DNA from: the human T2T-CHM13v2.0 reference genome, Homo sapiens
Direction: 5' to 3' (one strand)
Length of the DNA: 64,000 nucleotides
Assembly: GCF_009914755.1 (NCBI RefSeq)
Contig: NC_060941.1
Shown: positions 27,717-42,984 of the stretch, one piece after another
Layout of the letters: every line of letters begins with the position of its first letter
Position numbering within the stretch: position 1 is the first letter of the stretch
The notes under the pieces: generated by a model
What the model saw: the letters and a program-made list of their open reading frames with translations, nothing else
The model's database searches: none
What the model was told of the DNA's origin: nothing
Program-made: the position numbers and the translations under genes

Positions 27717-29072
27717 TCCAACCCCACATTTCCCCTCAGCACTCCCCTAGCAGAGGTTATCCGTGATGGCTGAGCCCCTGCAGCAGACTTCTACCTGGAC
27801 ATCCAGATGTTTCCATACATCCTCTGAAATCTAGGCAGAGGTTCCCAAACCTCAACTCTTGTCTTCTGTGCACCCACAGGCCCAACACTATGGAGAAGCT
27901 GCCAAGGCTTGGGTTTGCACTCTCTGAAACAATGGCCTGAGCTGTACCTTGGCCCCTTTTAGCCACAGCTGGAGCTGCAGCAGCTGGGATGCAGGGTGCC
28001 ATGTCCCAAGGCTGCACAGAGCAGTGGGGGCCTGGACCTGGCCCATGACACCATTTTTCCCTCTTAGGCCTCTGGGCCTGTGATAGGAGGGGCTGTGAAG
28101 AAGATCTCTGAAATGCACTGGAGACATTTTCCCCATTGTCTTGGCTCCCCATTAAATATGCAAATTTCTGCAGATGGCTTGAATTTCTCCCCAGAAAATG
28201 GGTTTGTCTTTTCTACCTCATGGTCAGGCTGCAAATTTTTCAAACTTTTATGCTCTATTTCTTTCTTCATGCATATGAGTATACACTTTTAGAAACAGCT
28301 AGGTCGCATCTTGAATGCTTTGCTGCTTTGAAATTTCTTCTGCCAGATACTCTAAATGATCTGTCTCAAGTTCAAAGTTCCACAGATTTCTAGGGCAGGA
28401 GCAACATGCTGCCAGTTTCTTCACTAAAGCATAGCAAGAGTAACCTTTACTCCAGTTTTCAATAAGTTCCTCATCACCATATGAGACCACCTCAGCCTGG
28501 ACTTCACTGTCCATATCACTGTCAGCATTTCGGTCACAATCATTCGACAAGTCTCTATGAAGTTCTAAACTGTCTCACATCTTCCTGTCTTCTTCTGAGC
28601 CCTCCAAACTATTCCAACCTCTGCCCATTACCCAGTTCCAAAGTTGCTTCCACATTTTCAGATATCTTTATAGCAATGCCCACTTCCCTGGTACCAATTT
28701 TCTGTATTAGTTCATTTTCACACTGCTATAAAGAACTACTTGAGACTGGGTAATTTATGAAGAGGTTTGGTTGACTCATAGTTCTGCAGGCTTAGCAAAA
28801 AGCATGACTGGGAGGCCTTAGGAAACTTACAATCATGACAGAAGGTGAAGCAGAAACAAGCACCTTGTTAACATGGTGGCAGGAGAAAGAGAGAGAAAGA
28901 GTGAAGGAGGAAGTGCTACACATTTTTAAACCATCAGATCTCATGAGAACTCACTCAATATCATGAGAACAGCAAGGGGAAAATCTGCTCCCATGATCCA
29001 GTCACCTCCCACCAGGCCTCTCCTCCAATTCGACATGAGATTTGGGAGGGGACACAAAGCCAAACCATATCA
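27717..29072 (-). mobile_element. THE1/MST (MaLR) element: LTR at 28703-29072 plus truncated internal region
   Basis: LTR ends tgtattagttcattttcacactgc...caaaccatatca; internal ccccacatttcccctcagcac...; the second LTR is missing. Confidence 0.85.
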
Positions 29073-29223
29073 CAAGCTTTTAAAAAATAACTTATAAATG
29101 ATATAAATGTATGTGTAGAAAACAAAAGAATTTACAGACAAAGTGTTAGAATCAGTAATTTTAAAAGCTAAGGTCCTGAAATTATTGTGACAGAGGAAGC
29201 AGATAGCCTAACATGTATATTTT

Positions 29224-29878
29224 ATTATGTTTTATTGTATTTTTAATTGACAGATAATAATTCTATTTATGGGGTATAATATGTTTTGATACACGTATAC
29301 ATTATGGAATGATCAAATCAGGCTAGTTAGCATATCTCACTTCCAATATTTATCATTTCTTTGTGATGAAAACATTTAAAATTCTCTTTTAGCTATTTTG
29401 AAACATACAATATGCTATTATTAATTATGGTCCATGCTGGTCAATGGATTGCCAGAACTTATTCCTCCTAACTGAAATCTTGTACCTTTTGACCAATGCC
29501 CCCCATCCCTGTCCACGTCTCACCCAGCCTCTGGTCACCACCATTCTACTCTCTACTGTAGTGAGTTCACAATGAGATATCACCTTACTCATGTTAGAAT
29601 GGCTATTATCAAAAAGTTAAAAGATGACAAGCATTGGCAAGGATATGGAGAAAAAGGAACCCTTGTATGCTATTGGTAGAAATATAAACCAGTACAGCCA
29701 TTTTGGAACAGAAATTAAAAACCAGAATTACCATATGATCCAGCAATCTCACTCCTGGGTATATAGCCAAAGGAAGTGAAATCACCATGTCAAAGTGATG
29801 TCTACACTCCCATGTTCATTGTAGCATTATTCACAGTAGCCAAGATATGGAATCAACTAAAGTGCCCATCAGTGGGGA
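29224..29878 (-). mobile_element. L1MA-like 3' end, probably 5'-inverted (orientation switches near 29568)
   Basis: Minus-strand 3' UTR followed by plus-strand ORF2 end (aatgagatatcaccttactc...gtgcccatcagtgg); only a weak TSD candidate. Confidence 0.6.
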
Positions 29879-30484
29879 AATTATATGTGCATTTTAAATA
29901 CTTAGCAATAAGCAGAACATATAAGCACTAAGGTAAAAAAAAAAAGCAATTAATTACAGGTCACTGTTACATTATTCTATTATAATTCCATTATTACACA
30001 TAGAGAATGCTTTTTTTAAGTTAGCAGCAACAATGAGAACTAAGAAATGGTCTAATGATGACCAGAGCAAACCCTGAGCTGAGTAAGACAATGGCTCCTT
30101 TGATCATAACAAACTCCAAATGGTGTCACTACAGTTCACCAGGCCATTGAATGAAAGTCTTATAACACCTTGAGAAGTCTGGAAAACAATTCACTCTACA
30201 AAAATTCATAGTTCCCGACTGTATCTTAGGTATGTGGGGGTATACCAGAAAATAAGATTGATGGGATCTTACACAAAGCATACAACAGAGATAAACATAA
30301 AACTCAGAAGTAAATTAGGAAAAAATAATCTGATCTGGTGACCCAGGACTTCCAGGGGAAACTACTTTTTGTTGTTGTTTGAGGAAATAAAGAAACTGAG
30401 GCAAAGACAAATGGTCTCATGAGTGGATGTGTGTCAGAAGCCACAGCACTGAGTTTGTCACCTTTTGCCCCTTACAATCAGTGC

Positions 30485-30810
30485 TCTGTTTCAGCTGGGA
30501 TAATGGAGGCTATGCTGAGGTAACAAATTAACTTCATAATCTCAGTGGATTAACACAACACAGCTTGTCTCTCAATCATGCCATGTGCTCATATGGTCAC
30601 AGTGATCTATACCCACATGTCAAGGACCCACATTGACAGAGGCTCCACCGTCTTGAACTTGGAACCCAACACCTTGAGGTTACTGCAGCAGGGAAGAGAG
30701 GGATGGAGGAGTTGCATGGGGTCCTAGCTGAGTCAGACCAAAAGTAACACACAACACTTGTATTCACAGCCTCAACCTAACTGCAGAGGAAGCTGAAAAA
30801 TACAACGTGT
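30485..30810. mobile_element. MLT1-like MaLR LTR relic
   Basis: ggctatgctgaggtaacaaa...aatctcagtggattaacacaaca resembles MLT1 LTRs. Confidence 0.5.
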
Positions 30811-32599
30811 CTTTGCCATCATTTCTTTAATTGCATGCAACAGAAATCAACTAGCTTGCTTATGCAAAAAGGAAAAATTTTTGGAAATGCCTGGGGAAGG
30901 AAGATCACAGCATCAAAGGGAAGACTGAAGAGCCAGCTTTGAACACACAGGACTCAGGAAGCCACAGAGGTTCTTGAGAATAGGAAGTCCTTGAATGTCT
31001 CTCCTGGGCACCACTGCTAGAATGAATGATGTCTAGTCTTTCTTCAGTCCTGTGTATGTTCACTCAAGAGTCAAAATACCAGGGACTAGTTAGCGGAAAA
31101 CGTCTGATGGAAGGATTATTCAACCATCTCTTCAAGTTAACATGTGCAAAGGGAAAGCAACTGGATTCACTGTCCAAACGATGATCAAGTAGGAGTGAAG
31201 TAGTTCCCCAAAAGGAAATAATAGCAGATTTATACGTTGAAGAATGGACATAGAGTGGCCACTATACTGATATTCTCATTTTCATATTAATCTGTGTTGT
31301 TCCAGCTACCTGCCCCATCCTAGCTAATCACAGAATCTCAGGGACCCTGCCATGGGAACTGACCCTTTAGCTTGATGCAAAAATGTTGGGGAAACAGAAA
31401 ATCTTTAGTTGCAATTTTAAAAAGAAATCTCTCAAAGGCTGAAAATATTTCAGAAAATTCAGCTTGTCATTTATCATACCACAGTTCCTGGATGCCACAA
31501 AAGCTTGGAAATCACAAAGAGTTTTTAAAAATTGTTACAGTTTCTTGTGAAAAGCTTCACTGGGCAACAGCAACAGAAAAAACACAAGTATGATTAACAA
31601 CCCCAAGAACATCCGATACTCTCTACCTTACCCCTATTATGGAGATTTATGATTTTCCAATTTGTTTCATCTCAGTTTTTCACACACACACAAATGCCCT
31701 AAAACATTCATGGCAGATATTCTTGAGTCTGTGAGAAAATGTAATCTGGTCAGTGTTCTGGGCTTTGTACTCTGTGCTGTACTGAGGGAAATTCCAGGTG
31801 AAACAGAGCAGCCAGCTCAGCAGAACCATTGTGGACAATCTCTTCTCCAGTAAACCCCTCCAGAGGCATACAGTGTTTGTGCTTTCATTGCCAATGGAAT
31901 CCCTCCCAGCCAATGTTCCTTGTCATCTCATTAGCCAGAACCAGGTCATATGCTGGCCCTGAGACAAATTATAAGCCAGGGAGTGAGATTACCTTGAGAC
32001 TGGTGTGGGCTAATCAGCCTCTGCAACTGGTCCTGAACATTAGTGGGCCACATGATTCTTCCACTATCCAGATAATTGATAAGGCTCTAGGAAATATGAA
32101 TGCCAGTCCCACTGGCTCACAAAATAGAGTTTGGGAAGCAATGACCTATCAGGGCCACACCTTCAGACTTGATCTGGATCTTCCATTTACAAGTTCTGTG
32201 ACTTTTGGCAATTTACAGCTCAGACTCAGTTGTTTTTATTTCAATAGATTTTGGGGAAGAAAAGGTGGTTTTTGGTTACATGGAGAAGTTATTCGGTAGT
32301 GATTTGCGACATTTTGGTCCACCCATCACCAAGCAGTGAACACTGTACCCAATGTGTAATCTTTTATCCCTCATACCCCTCCCACCCTTCCCTCCCAAGT
32401 CCCCAGAGTTCATTATATCATTCTTATGCTTTTGCGTCCTCATAGCTTAGCTCCCACTTATGAGTGAGAACATATGATGTTTGATTTTCCACTCCTGACT
32501 TACTTCACTTAGAATAATGCTCTCCAACTCCATCCAGGTTGCTGCAAACGCCATTATTTCATTCCTTTTTATGGCTGAGTAGTATTCCATGGTGTATAT

Positions 32600-32618
32600 G
32601 TATGTGTGTGTGTGTGTA

Positions 32619-32664
<46 letters not shown>
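32600..32664. repeat. (TG)n(TA)n microsatellite
   Basis: Seen directly in the sequence. Confidence 0.95.
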
Positions 32665-32667
<3 letters not shown>

Positions 32668-34257
32668 ATTTTCTTTATCCACCTGTTGGTTGATGGGCAC
32701 TTAGATTGGTTCCATATTTTTGCAATTGTGAATTGTGCTGCTATAAACATGCATGTGCAAGTATCTTTTTCACATAATGACTTCTTTTCCTCTGGGTAGA
32801 TACCCAGTAGTGGGATTGCTGGTTCAAATGGCAGTTCTACTTTTAGCTCTTTAAGGAATCTCCATACTGTTTTCCATAGTGGTTGTACCAGTTTACACTC
32901 CCACCAACAGTGTTCCCTTTTCACCACATCCACACCAGTATCTATTATTTTTTGAGTTTTTAATTATGGCCATTCTAGCAGGAGTAAGCTGGTATTTCAT
33001 TGTGGTTTTGATATGCATTTCCCTGATAATTAGTGATGTTGAGCATTTTTTCCTATGTTTGCTGACCATTTGTATATCTTTTGAGAATTGTCTATTCATG
33101 CCCTTAACCCACTTTTTGATGGAATTGTTTTTTTCTTGCTGATTTGTTTGAGTTCCTTATAGATTCTGGATATTAGTGCTTTATCAGATGCATAGTTTGT
33201 GAAGATTTTCTCCCACTCTGTGGGTTATCTGTTTACTCTGCTGATTATTTCTTTCGCGGTGCATAAGCTTTTTAGTTTAATTAAATACCATCTATTTATC
33301 TTTGTTTTTATTGCATTTGCTTTTGGGTTCTTGGTCATAAATTCTTTCCCTAAGCCAATGTCTAGAAGAGTTTTTCCAATGTTATCTTCTGGAATTTTTA
33401 TGGTTTCAAATCTTAGACTTAAATCTTTGATCCATCTTGAGTAGATTTTTGTATTAAGTGAGAGATGAGGATCCAGTTTCATTCTTCTACGTGTAGCTTG
33501 CCAATTATGCCAGCACCATTTGTTGAATAGGGTGCCCTTTCCCCACTTTTAGCTTTTCGTTGCTTTGTCAAAGATCAGTTGGGTGTAAATATTTGAGCTT
33601 ATTTCTGGGTTCTCTTTTATGTTCCATTGGTCTACGTGTCTGTTTTTATATCAGTACCATGTTGTTTTGGAAACTATAGCCTTGTAGTATAGTTAGAAGT
33701 TGGGTAACGTGATACTTCCAGGTTTGTTCTTTTTGCTTAGTCTTGCTTTGGCTATGCAGGCTCTTTTTTAGGTTCCTTTTGAATTTTAGGATTGTTTTTT
33801 CTAGTTCTGTGAAGAATAATGATGGTACTTTGGTGAGCATTGCAATGAATTTGTAGATTGCTTTTAGTGGTATGGTCATTTTCACAATATTGATTCTACC
33901 CATTCATGAGCATGGGATATGTTTCCGTTTCTTTGTATCCTCTATATTTCTTTCAGCAGTGTTTTGTAGTTTTCCTTGTAGAGATCTTTCATCTCCTTGG
34001 TTAGCTATATTTCTAAGTATACATATATTTTTTGTAGCAGTTGTAAAAGGGGTTGAGTTCTTGATTTGATTCTCAGCTTGGTTGCTGCTGGTGTATAGCA
34101 GTGCTACTGATTTGTGGACGTTGATTATGTATCCTGAAAGTTTACTTAATTCATTTATCAGATCTAGGAGCTTTTTGGATGAGTCTTTAGGGTTTTCTAG
34201 TTATACAATAAGATCTTCAGTGAACAGTGACAGCTTGACTTCCTCTTTACCAATTCA

Positions 34258-34437
<180 letters not shown>

Positions 34438-34825
34438 TTAAGCCATGTCCCTTCTATGCTAATTTTGCTGAGGGTTTTAATCATAAAAGGATGCTGGATT
34501 TTGTCAAATGCTTTTTCTGCATCTATTGAGATGATCATAAGATTTGTTTTTAATTGTTTACATGGTGTATTCATTTATTGACTTATGTATGTTAAACCAT
34601 CCTTGCATCCCTGGTATGAAACCCACTTGATCTTCGTATATTATATTTTCGATATGCTGTTGGATTCAGTTAGCTAGTATTTTGTTGAGGATTTTTGCAT
34701 CTAAGTTCATCTAGGATATTGGTCTGTAATTTTCTTTTTTTGTTATGTCCTTTCCTGATTTTAGTATTAGGGTAATCCTGGCTTCACAGAATGATTTAGG
34801 GAAGATTTCCTCTTTATCTTTTTGA

Positions 34826-35147
<322 letters not shown>

Positions 35148-35685
35148 CAATTCTTCTTTGGATGTCTGATAGAACTCAGCTGTGAAACCATCTGGTCCTG
35201 GACTTTTTTGTGTTGTTGGCATTTTTTAAATTACTGTTTCAATCTTGCTACTTGTTCTTGGTCTGTTCAGTTTCTATTTCTTCCTGGTTTAATCTAAGAG
35301 GGTTGTATATTTCCAGAATGTCTCCATCTCCTCCAGGTTTTCTAGTTTGTGTGCATAAAGGTGTTCACAGTAGCCTTGAATGATCTTTTGTATTTCTGTG
35401 GTATCAGTTGTAATATCTCCCATTTTGTTTCTAAGTGAGCTTATTTGGATTTTCTCTCTTCTTTTCTTGGTTAATCTCAAGAATGGTCTATCAATTTCTT
35501 TATCTTGTCAAAGAACCAGCTTTTTGTTTCATTTATCTTTTGTATTTTTTGTTTGGATTTCATTTAATTCTGCTCTGATCTTTGTTATTTCTTTTCTTCT
35601 GCTGGGTTTGGGTTTCGTTTGTTCTTGTTTCTCTAGTTCCTTAAGGTGTGAACTTAGATTGTCTATTTGTTCTTTCGGATTTTTT

Positions 35686-37892
35686 TTTTTTATTGTTCAT
35701 TCTTGGGTGTTTCTCGCAGAGGGGGATTTGGCAGGGTCATAGGACAATAGTGGAGGGAAGGTCAGCAGATAAACAAGTGAACAAAGGTCTCTGGTTTTCC
35801 TAGGCAGAGGACCCTGCGGCCTTCCGCAGTGTTTGTGTCCCTGGGTACTTGAGATTAGGGAGTGGTGATGACTCTTAACGAGCATGCTGCCTTCAAGCAT
35901 CTGTTTAACAAAGCACATCTTGCACTGCCCTTAATCCATTTAACCCTGAGTGGACACAGCACATGTTTCAGAGAGCACAGGGTTGGGGGTAGGGTCACAG
36001 ATCAACAGGATAAGAATTTTTCTTAGTACAGAGCAAAATGAAAAGTCTCCCATGTCTACCTCTTTCTACACAGACACGGCAACCATCCGATTTCTCAATC
36101 TTTTCCCCACCTTTCCCCCCTTTCTATTCCACAAAACCACCATTGTCATCATGGCCCGTTCTCAATGAGCTGTTGGGTACACCTCCCAGACGGGGTGGTA
36201 GCCAGGCAGAGGGGCTCCTCACTTCCCAGTAGGGGCGGCCGGGCAGAGGCGCCCCTCACCTCCCGGGTGGGGCGGCTGGCCAGGCGAGGGGCTGACCTCC
36301 CCACCTCCCTCCCGGACGGGGCGGCTGGCCGGGCAGAGGGGCTCCTCACTTCCCAGTAGGGGCGGCCGGGCAGAAGTGCCCCTCATCTCCCGGACGAGGC
36401 GGCTGGCCGGGCGGGGGGCTGACCCCCCCACCTCCCTCCCGGACGGGGTGGCTGGCTGGGCAGGGGGCTGACCCCCCCACCTCCCTCCCGGACGGGGTGG
36501 CTGGCCGGGCGGGGGGCTGATCCCCCCACCTCCCTCCCGGATGGGGCGGCTGGCCGGGCGGGGGGCTGACCCCACCACCTCCCTCCCGGACGGGGCGGCT
36601 GGCCGGGCGGGGGGCTGATTCCCCCACCTCCCTCCCGGACGGGGTGGCTGGCCGGGCAGAGGGGCTCCTCACTTCCCAGTAGGGGAGGCCGGGCAGAGGC
36701 GCCCCTCACCTCCCGGACGGGGCGGCTGGCCGGGCGGGGGTGCTGACCCCCCCACCTCCCTCCCTGACGGGGCAGCTGGCCGGGCAGAGGGACTCCTCAC
36801 TTCCCAGTAGGGGCGGCCGGGCAGAGGCGCCCCTCACCTCCTGGCCGGGGCGGCTGGCCGGGCGGGGGGCTGACCCCCCCCCCACCTCCCGCCCGGACGG
36901 GGCGGCTGGCCGGGAGGGGGGCTGACCCCCCCACCTCCCTCCCGGACGGGGCGGCTGGCCGGGCGGGGGCTGACCCCCACCTCCCTCCCGGACGGGGTGG
37001 CTGCCAGGCGGAGACGCTCCTCACTTCCCAGACGGGGTGGCTGCCGGGCGGAGGGGCTCCTCACTTCTCAGACGGGGCGGTTGCCAGGCAGAGGGTCTCC
37101 TCTCTTCTCAGACGGGGCGGCCAGGCAGAGACGCTCCTCACCTCCCAGACGGGGTCGCGGCCGGGTAGAGGTGCTCCTCACATCCCAGACGGGGCAGCGG
37201 GGCAGAGGCGCTCCCCACATCTCAGACGATGGGCGGCCGGGCAGAGACGCTCCTCACTTCCTAGATGGGATGGCGGCCGGGAAGAGGCGCTCCTCACTTC
37301 CTAGATGGGATGGCGGCCGGGCAGAGACACTCCTCACTTTCCAGACTGGGCAGCCAGGCAGAGGGGCTCCTCACGTCCCAGACGATGGGCGGCCAGACAG
37401 AGACGCTCCTCACTTCCCAGACGGGGTGGCAGCTGGGCAGAGGCTGCAATCTCGGCACTTTGGGAGGCCAAGGCAGGCGGCTGGGAGGTGGAGGTTGTAG
37501 CGAGCTGAGATCACGCCACTGCACTCCAGCCTGGGCACCATTGAGCACTGAGTGAACAAGACTCCGTCTGCAATCCCGGCACCTCGGGAGGCCGAGGCTG
37601 GCGGATCACTCACGGTTAGGAGCTGGAGACCAGCCCGGCCATCACAGCGAAACCCCGTCTCCACCAAAAAAATACGAAAACCAGTCAGGCGTGGCGGCGC
37701 GCGCCTGCAATCGCAGGCACTCGGCAGGCTGAGGCAGGAGAATCAGGCAGGGAGGTTGCAGTGAGCCGAGATGGCAGCAGTACAGTCCAGCTTCGGCTCG
37801 GCATCAGAGGGAGACCATGGAAAGAGGGAGAGGGAGAGGGAGGAGAAGGAGAAGGAGAGGGAGAGGGAGAGGGAGAGGGAGAGGGAGAGGGC
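35686..37892 (-). mobile_element. Full-length SVA retrotransposon (SVA_D-like)
   Basis: (CCCTCT)n at about 37822-37891, Alu-like region about 37440-37820, GC-rich VNTR about 36180-37440, SINE-R about 35692-36180, poly(A). TSD TCTTT(C/A)GGATTTTTT at 35671-35685 and 37893-37907. Confidence 0.97.
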
Positions 37893-39679
37893 TCTTTAGG
37901 ATTTTTTGATGTAGGCATATAATGCTATGAACTTTCCTCTTAGCACTACTTTTGCTACATCCCAGAAGCTTTCATAGGTTGTGTCACTCTTATTCAGTTG
38001 AAATAATTTTTTTAATTTCCATCATGATTTTACTCAAATAACATGCAGAAGCAGCTTATATAATTTCCATGCGTGTGTGTAGTTTTGAGGGTTCCTTTTG
38101 GAGTTAATTTCCAATTTTATTCCACTGTGGTCTAAGAGAGTACTTGATATAGTTTCCATTTTCTTAAACTTATTGAGACTTGTTTTGTGGCCTATCATGT
38201 GGTCGATCTTGGAGAATGTTCTATGTGCTGATGAAAAGAATGTATATTCTGCAGTTGTTAGGTAGAATGTTCTGTAAATATCCATTAAGTCCAGTTGCTC
38301 TAGGTTATAGTTTAAGTCCATTGTTTCTTTGTTGACTGTCTTGATGACCTGTCTAGTGCTGTCAGTAGAGTACTGAAGTCCCCTACTATTACTGTATTGC
38401 CATCTATCTCATTTCTTAGTTCTAGTAGTAATTGTTTTATACATTTGGGAGCTCCAGTGTTCGGTACATATATAGTTAGAATTGTGATATTTTCCTGTTG
38501 GACTAATCCTTTTTATCATTATATAATGTCTCTCTTTGTCTTTTTTAACTGCTGTTGCTTTAAAGTCTGTTCTGTCTAATATAAAAATAGCTACTCCTGC
38601 TTGCTTTTGGTTTCCATTTGCATGGAATATTTTTTTCCACCCCTTTACCTTAAGTTTCCATGAGTCCTTATGCGTTAGGTGAGCCTCTTGAAGACAGAAG
38701 ATACTTTTTTGGTGGATTTTTATTCATTCTTCCATTCTGCATCTTTTAACTGGGGCACTTAGGCCATTTACATTCAATGTTAATACTGAGATGTGAGGTA
38801 GTGTTCTGTTCATCATGCTCATTGTTCCCTGAATTCCTTGGGTTTCTTTTTTATTGTGTTATTGTTTTATAGGCCCTGTGAAATTTATGCTTTAAGGAGG
38901 TTCCAGTTTGTTGTATTACAAAGTTTTATTACCACATCCAGAACTCCTTTTAGCATTTCTTGTAGTGCTTGTTTGGTAGTGACAAATTCTCTTAACATTT
39001 GTCAGTCTGAGAAAGATTTTATCTCCCCTTTGTTCATGAAGTTTAGTTTTGCTGGATACAAAATTCTTGGCTGATAATTTTGTTCAAGGAGGCTAAAAGT
39101 AGAACCCCAATCCCTTCTGGCTTGTAGGGCTTCTGTTGAGAAATCTGCTGTTAATCTGATAGGTTTTCCTTTATAGTTTACCTGATGCCTTTGCCTCACA
39201 GCTCTTAAGATTTGTTCCTTCACCTTAACTTTAGATAACCTGATGACTATCTGCCCAGGTGATGATCTTTTCGCAATGAATTTCCAGGGTGTTCTTTGAG
39301 CTTCTTGTATTTGGTCATCTAGATGTCTAGTAAGACCAGGGGAGGTTTCCTCAATTATTCCCTTCAGTAAGTTTTCCAAACTTTTAGATTTCAGTTCTTT
39401 CTCAGGAACACCAATTATTCTTATGTTTGGTTGTTTAACATAATCCCAAATTTATTGGAGGCTTTATTCATTTTTCTTTGTCTTTGTCAGATTGTGTTAA
39501 TTTGAAAGCCATGTCTTCGAGCTCTGACATTCTTTCTTCCACCTGTTTGATTCTATTGTTGAAACTTCCCAATGTATTTTGCATTTCTTTAAGTGTGTCT
39601 TTCATTTCCAGAAATTGTGATTATCTTTTCTTTACGGTTTCTATTTCTCTGGAGACATTTTCCCCCATGGTCCTTCAAG

Positions 39680-39988
39680 ATTTTATTTATTTTTATTTTT
39701 TAGCTCCATAGGTTATTTGGGAACAGGTGATGTTTCATCTCACGAATAAGTTCTTTAGTGGTGATTTCTGAGATTGTGGTGCACTCATCACTCAAACACT
39801 ATACACTATACCCAATTTGTAGTCTTTTATCCCTCACTCCCCTCCCACCCTTTCCCCCAAGTCCCCAAAGTCCACTGTATCATTCTTATGCCTTTGCATC
39901 TTCATAGCTTAGCTCTCACTTATGAGTGGGAACATACAATGTTTGGTTTTCTATTCCTGAGTTACTTAACTTAGAATAATGGTCTCCA
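39680..39988 (-). mobile_element. Second L1PB-type 3' end nested in the L1PB1-like element
   Basis: Parallels 32232-32525 (gaacaggtgatgtttc...ttagaataatggtctcca). Confidence 0.8.
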
Positions 39989-40120
39989 GAGAATTTTTCA
40001 TTCATATCCTGTATTTTTTTTAATTTCCTTAAGTTGGTGTTCATCTTTCTCTGGTACTTCATTGAGTAGCTTAATAGTCAACCTTCTGAATTCTTTATCT
40101 GGCAATTCAGAGCCTTCTTC

Positions 40121-40574
<454 letters not shown>

Positions 40575-42916
40575 CAGTAATTTCTTCTTGGTTTGGGTCC
40601 ATTGCTGGAAAGCTAGTGTGATCTTTTGGGGGTGTTATAGAACCTTGTTTTGCTATATTACCAGAATTACTTTTCTGGTTCTTTCTCATTTGGGTAGACT
40701 GTTTTAGTGGAAAAATCTGGAACTCAAGGGCTGCTCTTCAGGTTCTTTTGTCCCATGGGGTGATCCCTTGATATGGTGCTCTCCCCCTTCCCCTAGAGAT
40801 GGAACTTCCTGAGAGTGAGACTGCAGTGATTGTTATTTGTCTTCTGGGTCTAGCCACCCAGCAGGGATACTGGGCTCTGGGCTGGTGCTGGGGAATGTCT
40901 GCAAAGAGTCCTGTGATGTGATCTGTCTTCAGGTCTCCCAGCAGTGGATACAAGTACCTGCTCTGGTGGAGGTGGCAAAGAGTGAAATGGACTCTGTGGG
41001 AGTGCTTGGTTGTAGTTTGGTTTAGTGCACTGGTTTTCTCAAATGCTGGTCATGCTAGCAGTTAAGCTGTCACATGGACAAACTCAGGATCTCTGGTTGA
41101 CCAGGGTGTTGCAAACAGTGGAATTAGATATTGTTTTCTCCTTCTTTGGAGCAGGTTTGTTCCTTATGAGTTGCTGTAATGGCTTTAGATTGTTGGCCCC
41201 CAGCCAGGAGGTGGCACTTTCAAGAGAGCACCAGCTACGATAGTAGAAGGGGGATATAAGCTTGCCCTACATTGGCCAGGATAAATAATGGGGTTTCTCA
41301 GGTGATGGTTGGGGCCATAGAGCTCCCATTTATGTCTTTTGTCTTTGGCTACCAGGGTGGGTAGAGAAAAACCATCAGGGGAAGGCAGGGTTAGGTGGGT
41401 CTGAGCACAGACTCTCCTTGGGCAGGGCTTGCTGCAGCCACTGTGGGGGACGGAGGGGTGGTTCTCAGACCACTGGAGTTATGTTCCCAGGGGGAATATG
41501 GCTGCCTTTGCTGCATCATACATATCACCAGGGAAGTGGGGAAAACCAGCAGTGACAGGTGTCACCCAGCTTCCATGCAGCCAGAAAGGCCAGTCTCACT
41601 CCCATCATGACCCACCAATAGCACTGAGTTTATGTCCAGGCAGCAGGACTGAGATCTTCCCCCAGGCTACCAGCCTCCCCACTGAGAAAGCAAGCAGGGC
41701 TATCAGGTCTTGCCTCTCCCTGCCTGCCTTATTACAGAGGTCAGCTAGAAGCTTCCTTCACCCTTTGGCCCCTCCCCAATTCTGCTGGCTGCCTTTCCCA
41801 AGGATCCCTGTGAGATAAGGCCAGGGATGGCTTCCCTGGGCTTGGACTGGAGACCAGGGGTGCCTACAGGGCTCTTTCTATTGCTTCTTCTACTTTTATA
41901 TTTTGCTCGGTTCCTTAAATCTGCTTTAGCTCTAGGTAAGGTTAAATCCTTCTCTCCCATGATCTGATTTTCAGGTTCCCTAGTGGGGATGTAGGTTTGG
42001 AGGCAGACTTTTCTCCCTCTCACACATTGAAAACTCAGTTTTTCAGCTGACTTGCAGAGTTTGCAGCGGCAAGCTGCTTCTTTCAAAGGGTATGTGAATT
42101 CTTTTGGTTTTGCTTGTATCTTCCTGTAGTGATTCTTGTAGAGAAAGTTCACAATGTGAGTCTCCACACGGTGTTCTGTCCAACCAAGGGGGAGCTGCAT
42201 GTTAGTCCCGTCTCCTAACCGCCATTTTCCTAGCATTTCCCAGCCTCAGTTTGGTCATTTATAAAATGAAAATAATAATGCCCTACTTCATGAAGCTGTT
42301 AGGAATATTAAATGACAATATATAAGCAATAAAGGCAATGTCTGGTAGGTGTTCAATAAAGGGTAGCTGCTATCATTATTATTGTTGCTTATTTTATTAG
42401 CTTTATTCTCTCTCTTCCTTAATGGGCCCACATTCTTTGCCTACCTCACTGAGACTGTAAGTGGAAGAGACCATTTTGGCCCTGAGATTTATCCCCGAAG
42501 ACTCCTTCAGGCGTTTGTTCCTCGGGCTTTAGATGAATGGGTTTGGCATGGCCATGACTACTACGTACAGCACGGGGGCTGCTGAGTCTCCTCTACCAAG
42601 CTGTTCCATTGACCAGGGAGATGACACCAAGGTGAGGGCTGCAGGCACTTCTCTGGGGAAAAGAAGACTCTGAGGATAGCTGAGACCATACAGATAAAGA
42701 AAAAGATGATATAATCCAGTATGACAGGGCCAGTAGAAAGGCTAAAATTAAAAATTGATAATACCAGGTGTTGACAAGAATGTCAAGAAATTGGAACTCT
42801 CAAATATTCCAAAGGGGATGTAAACTAGTCTGACCATTTTGGAAAACTATTTATCAGTTTCTAAGAAAGTGAGACATATAACCACCTTTTGACCCAGCAG
42901 TTCTGTTCCTAGGTAT

Positions 42917-42977
42917 ATAACAAGGAGAAATGAAAACATAACAAGGAGAAATGAAAACATAACAAGGAGAAATGAAA
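42917..42977. repeat. 21-bp tandem repeat, about 3 copies (ATAACAAGGAGAAATGAAAAC)
   Basis: Seen directly in the sequence. Confidence 0.9.
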
Positions 42978-42984
42978 GCACTAT

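Noticed and set aside
36038-37918. Many Pro/Gly/Arg-rich ORFs and an array-like repeat structure
   Set aside because: These are translations of the SVA VNTR; there are no unique spacers or cas genes, so it is not a CRISPR array.
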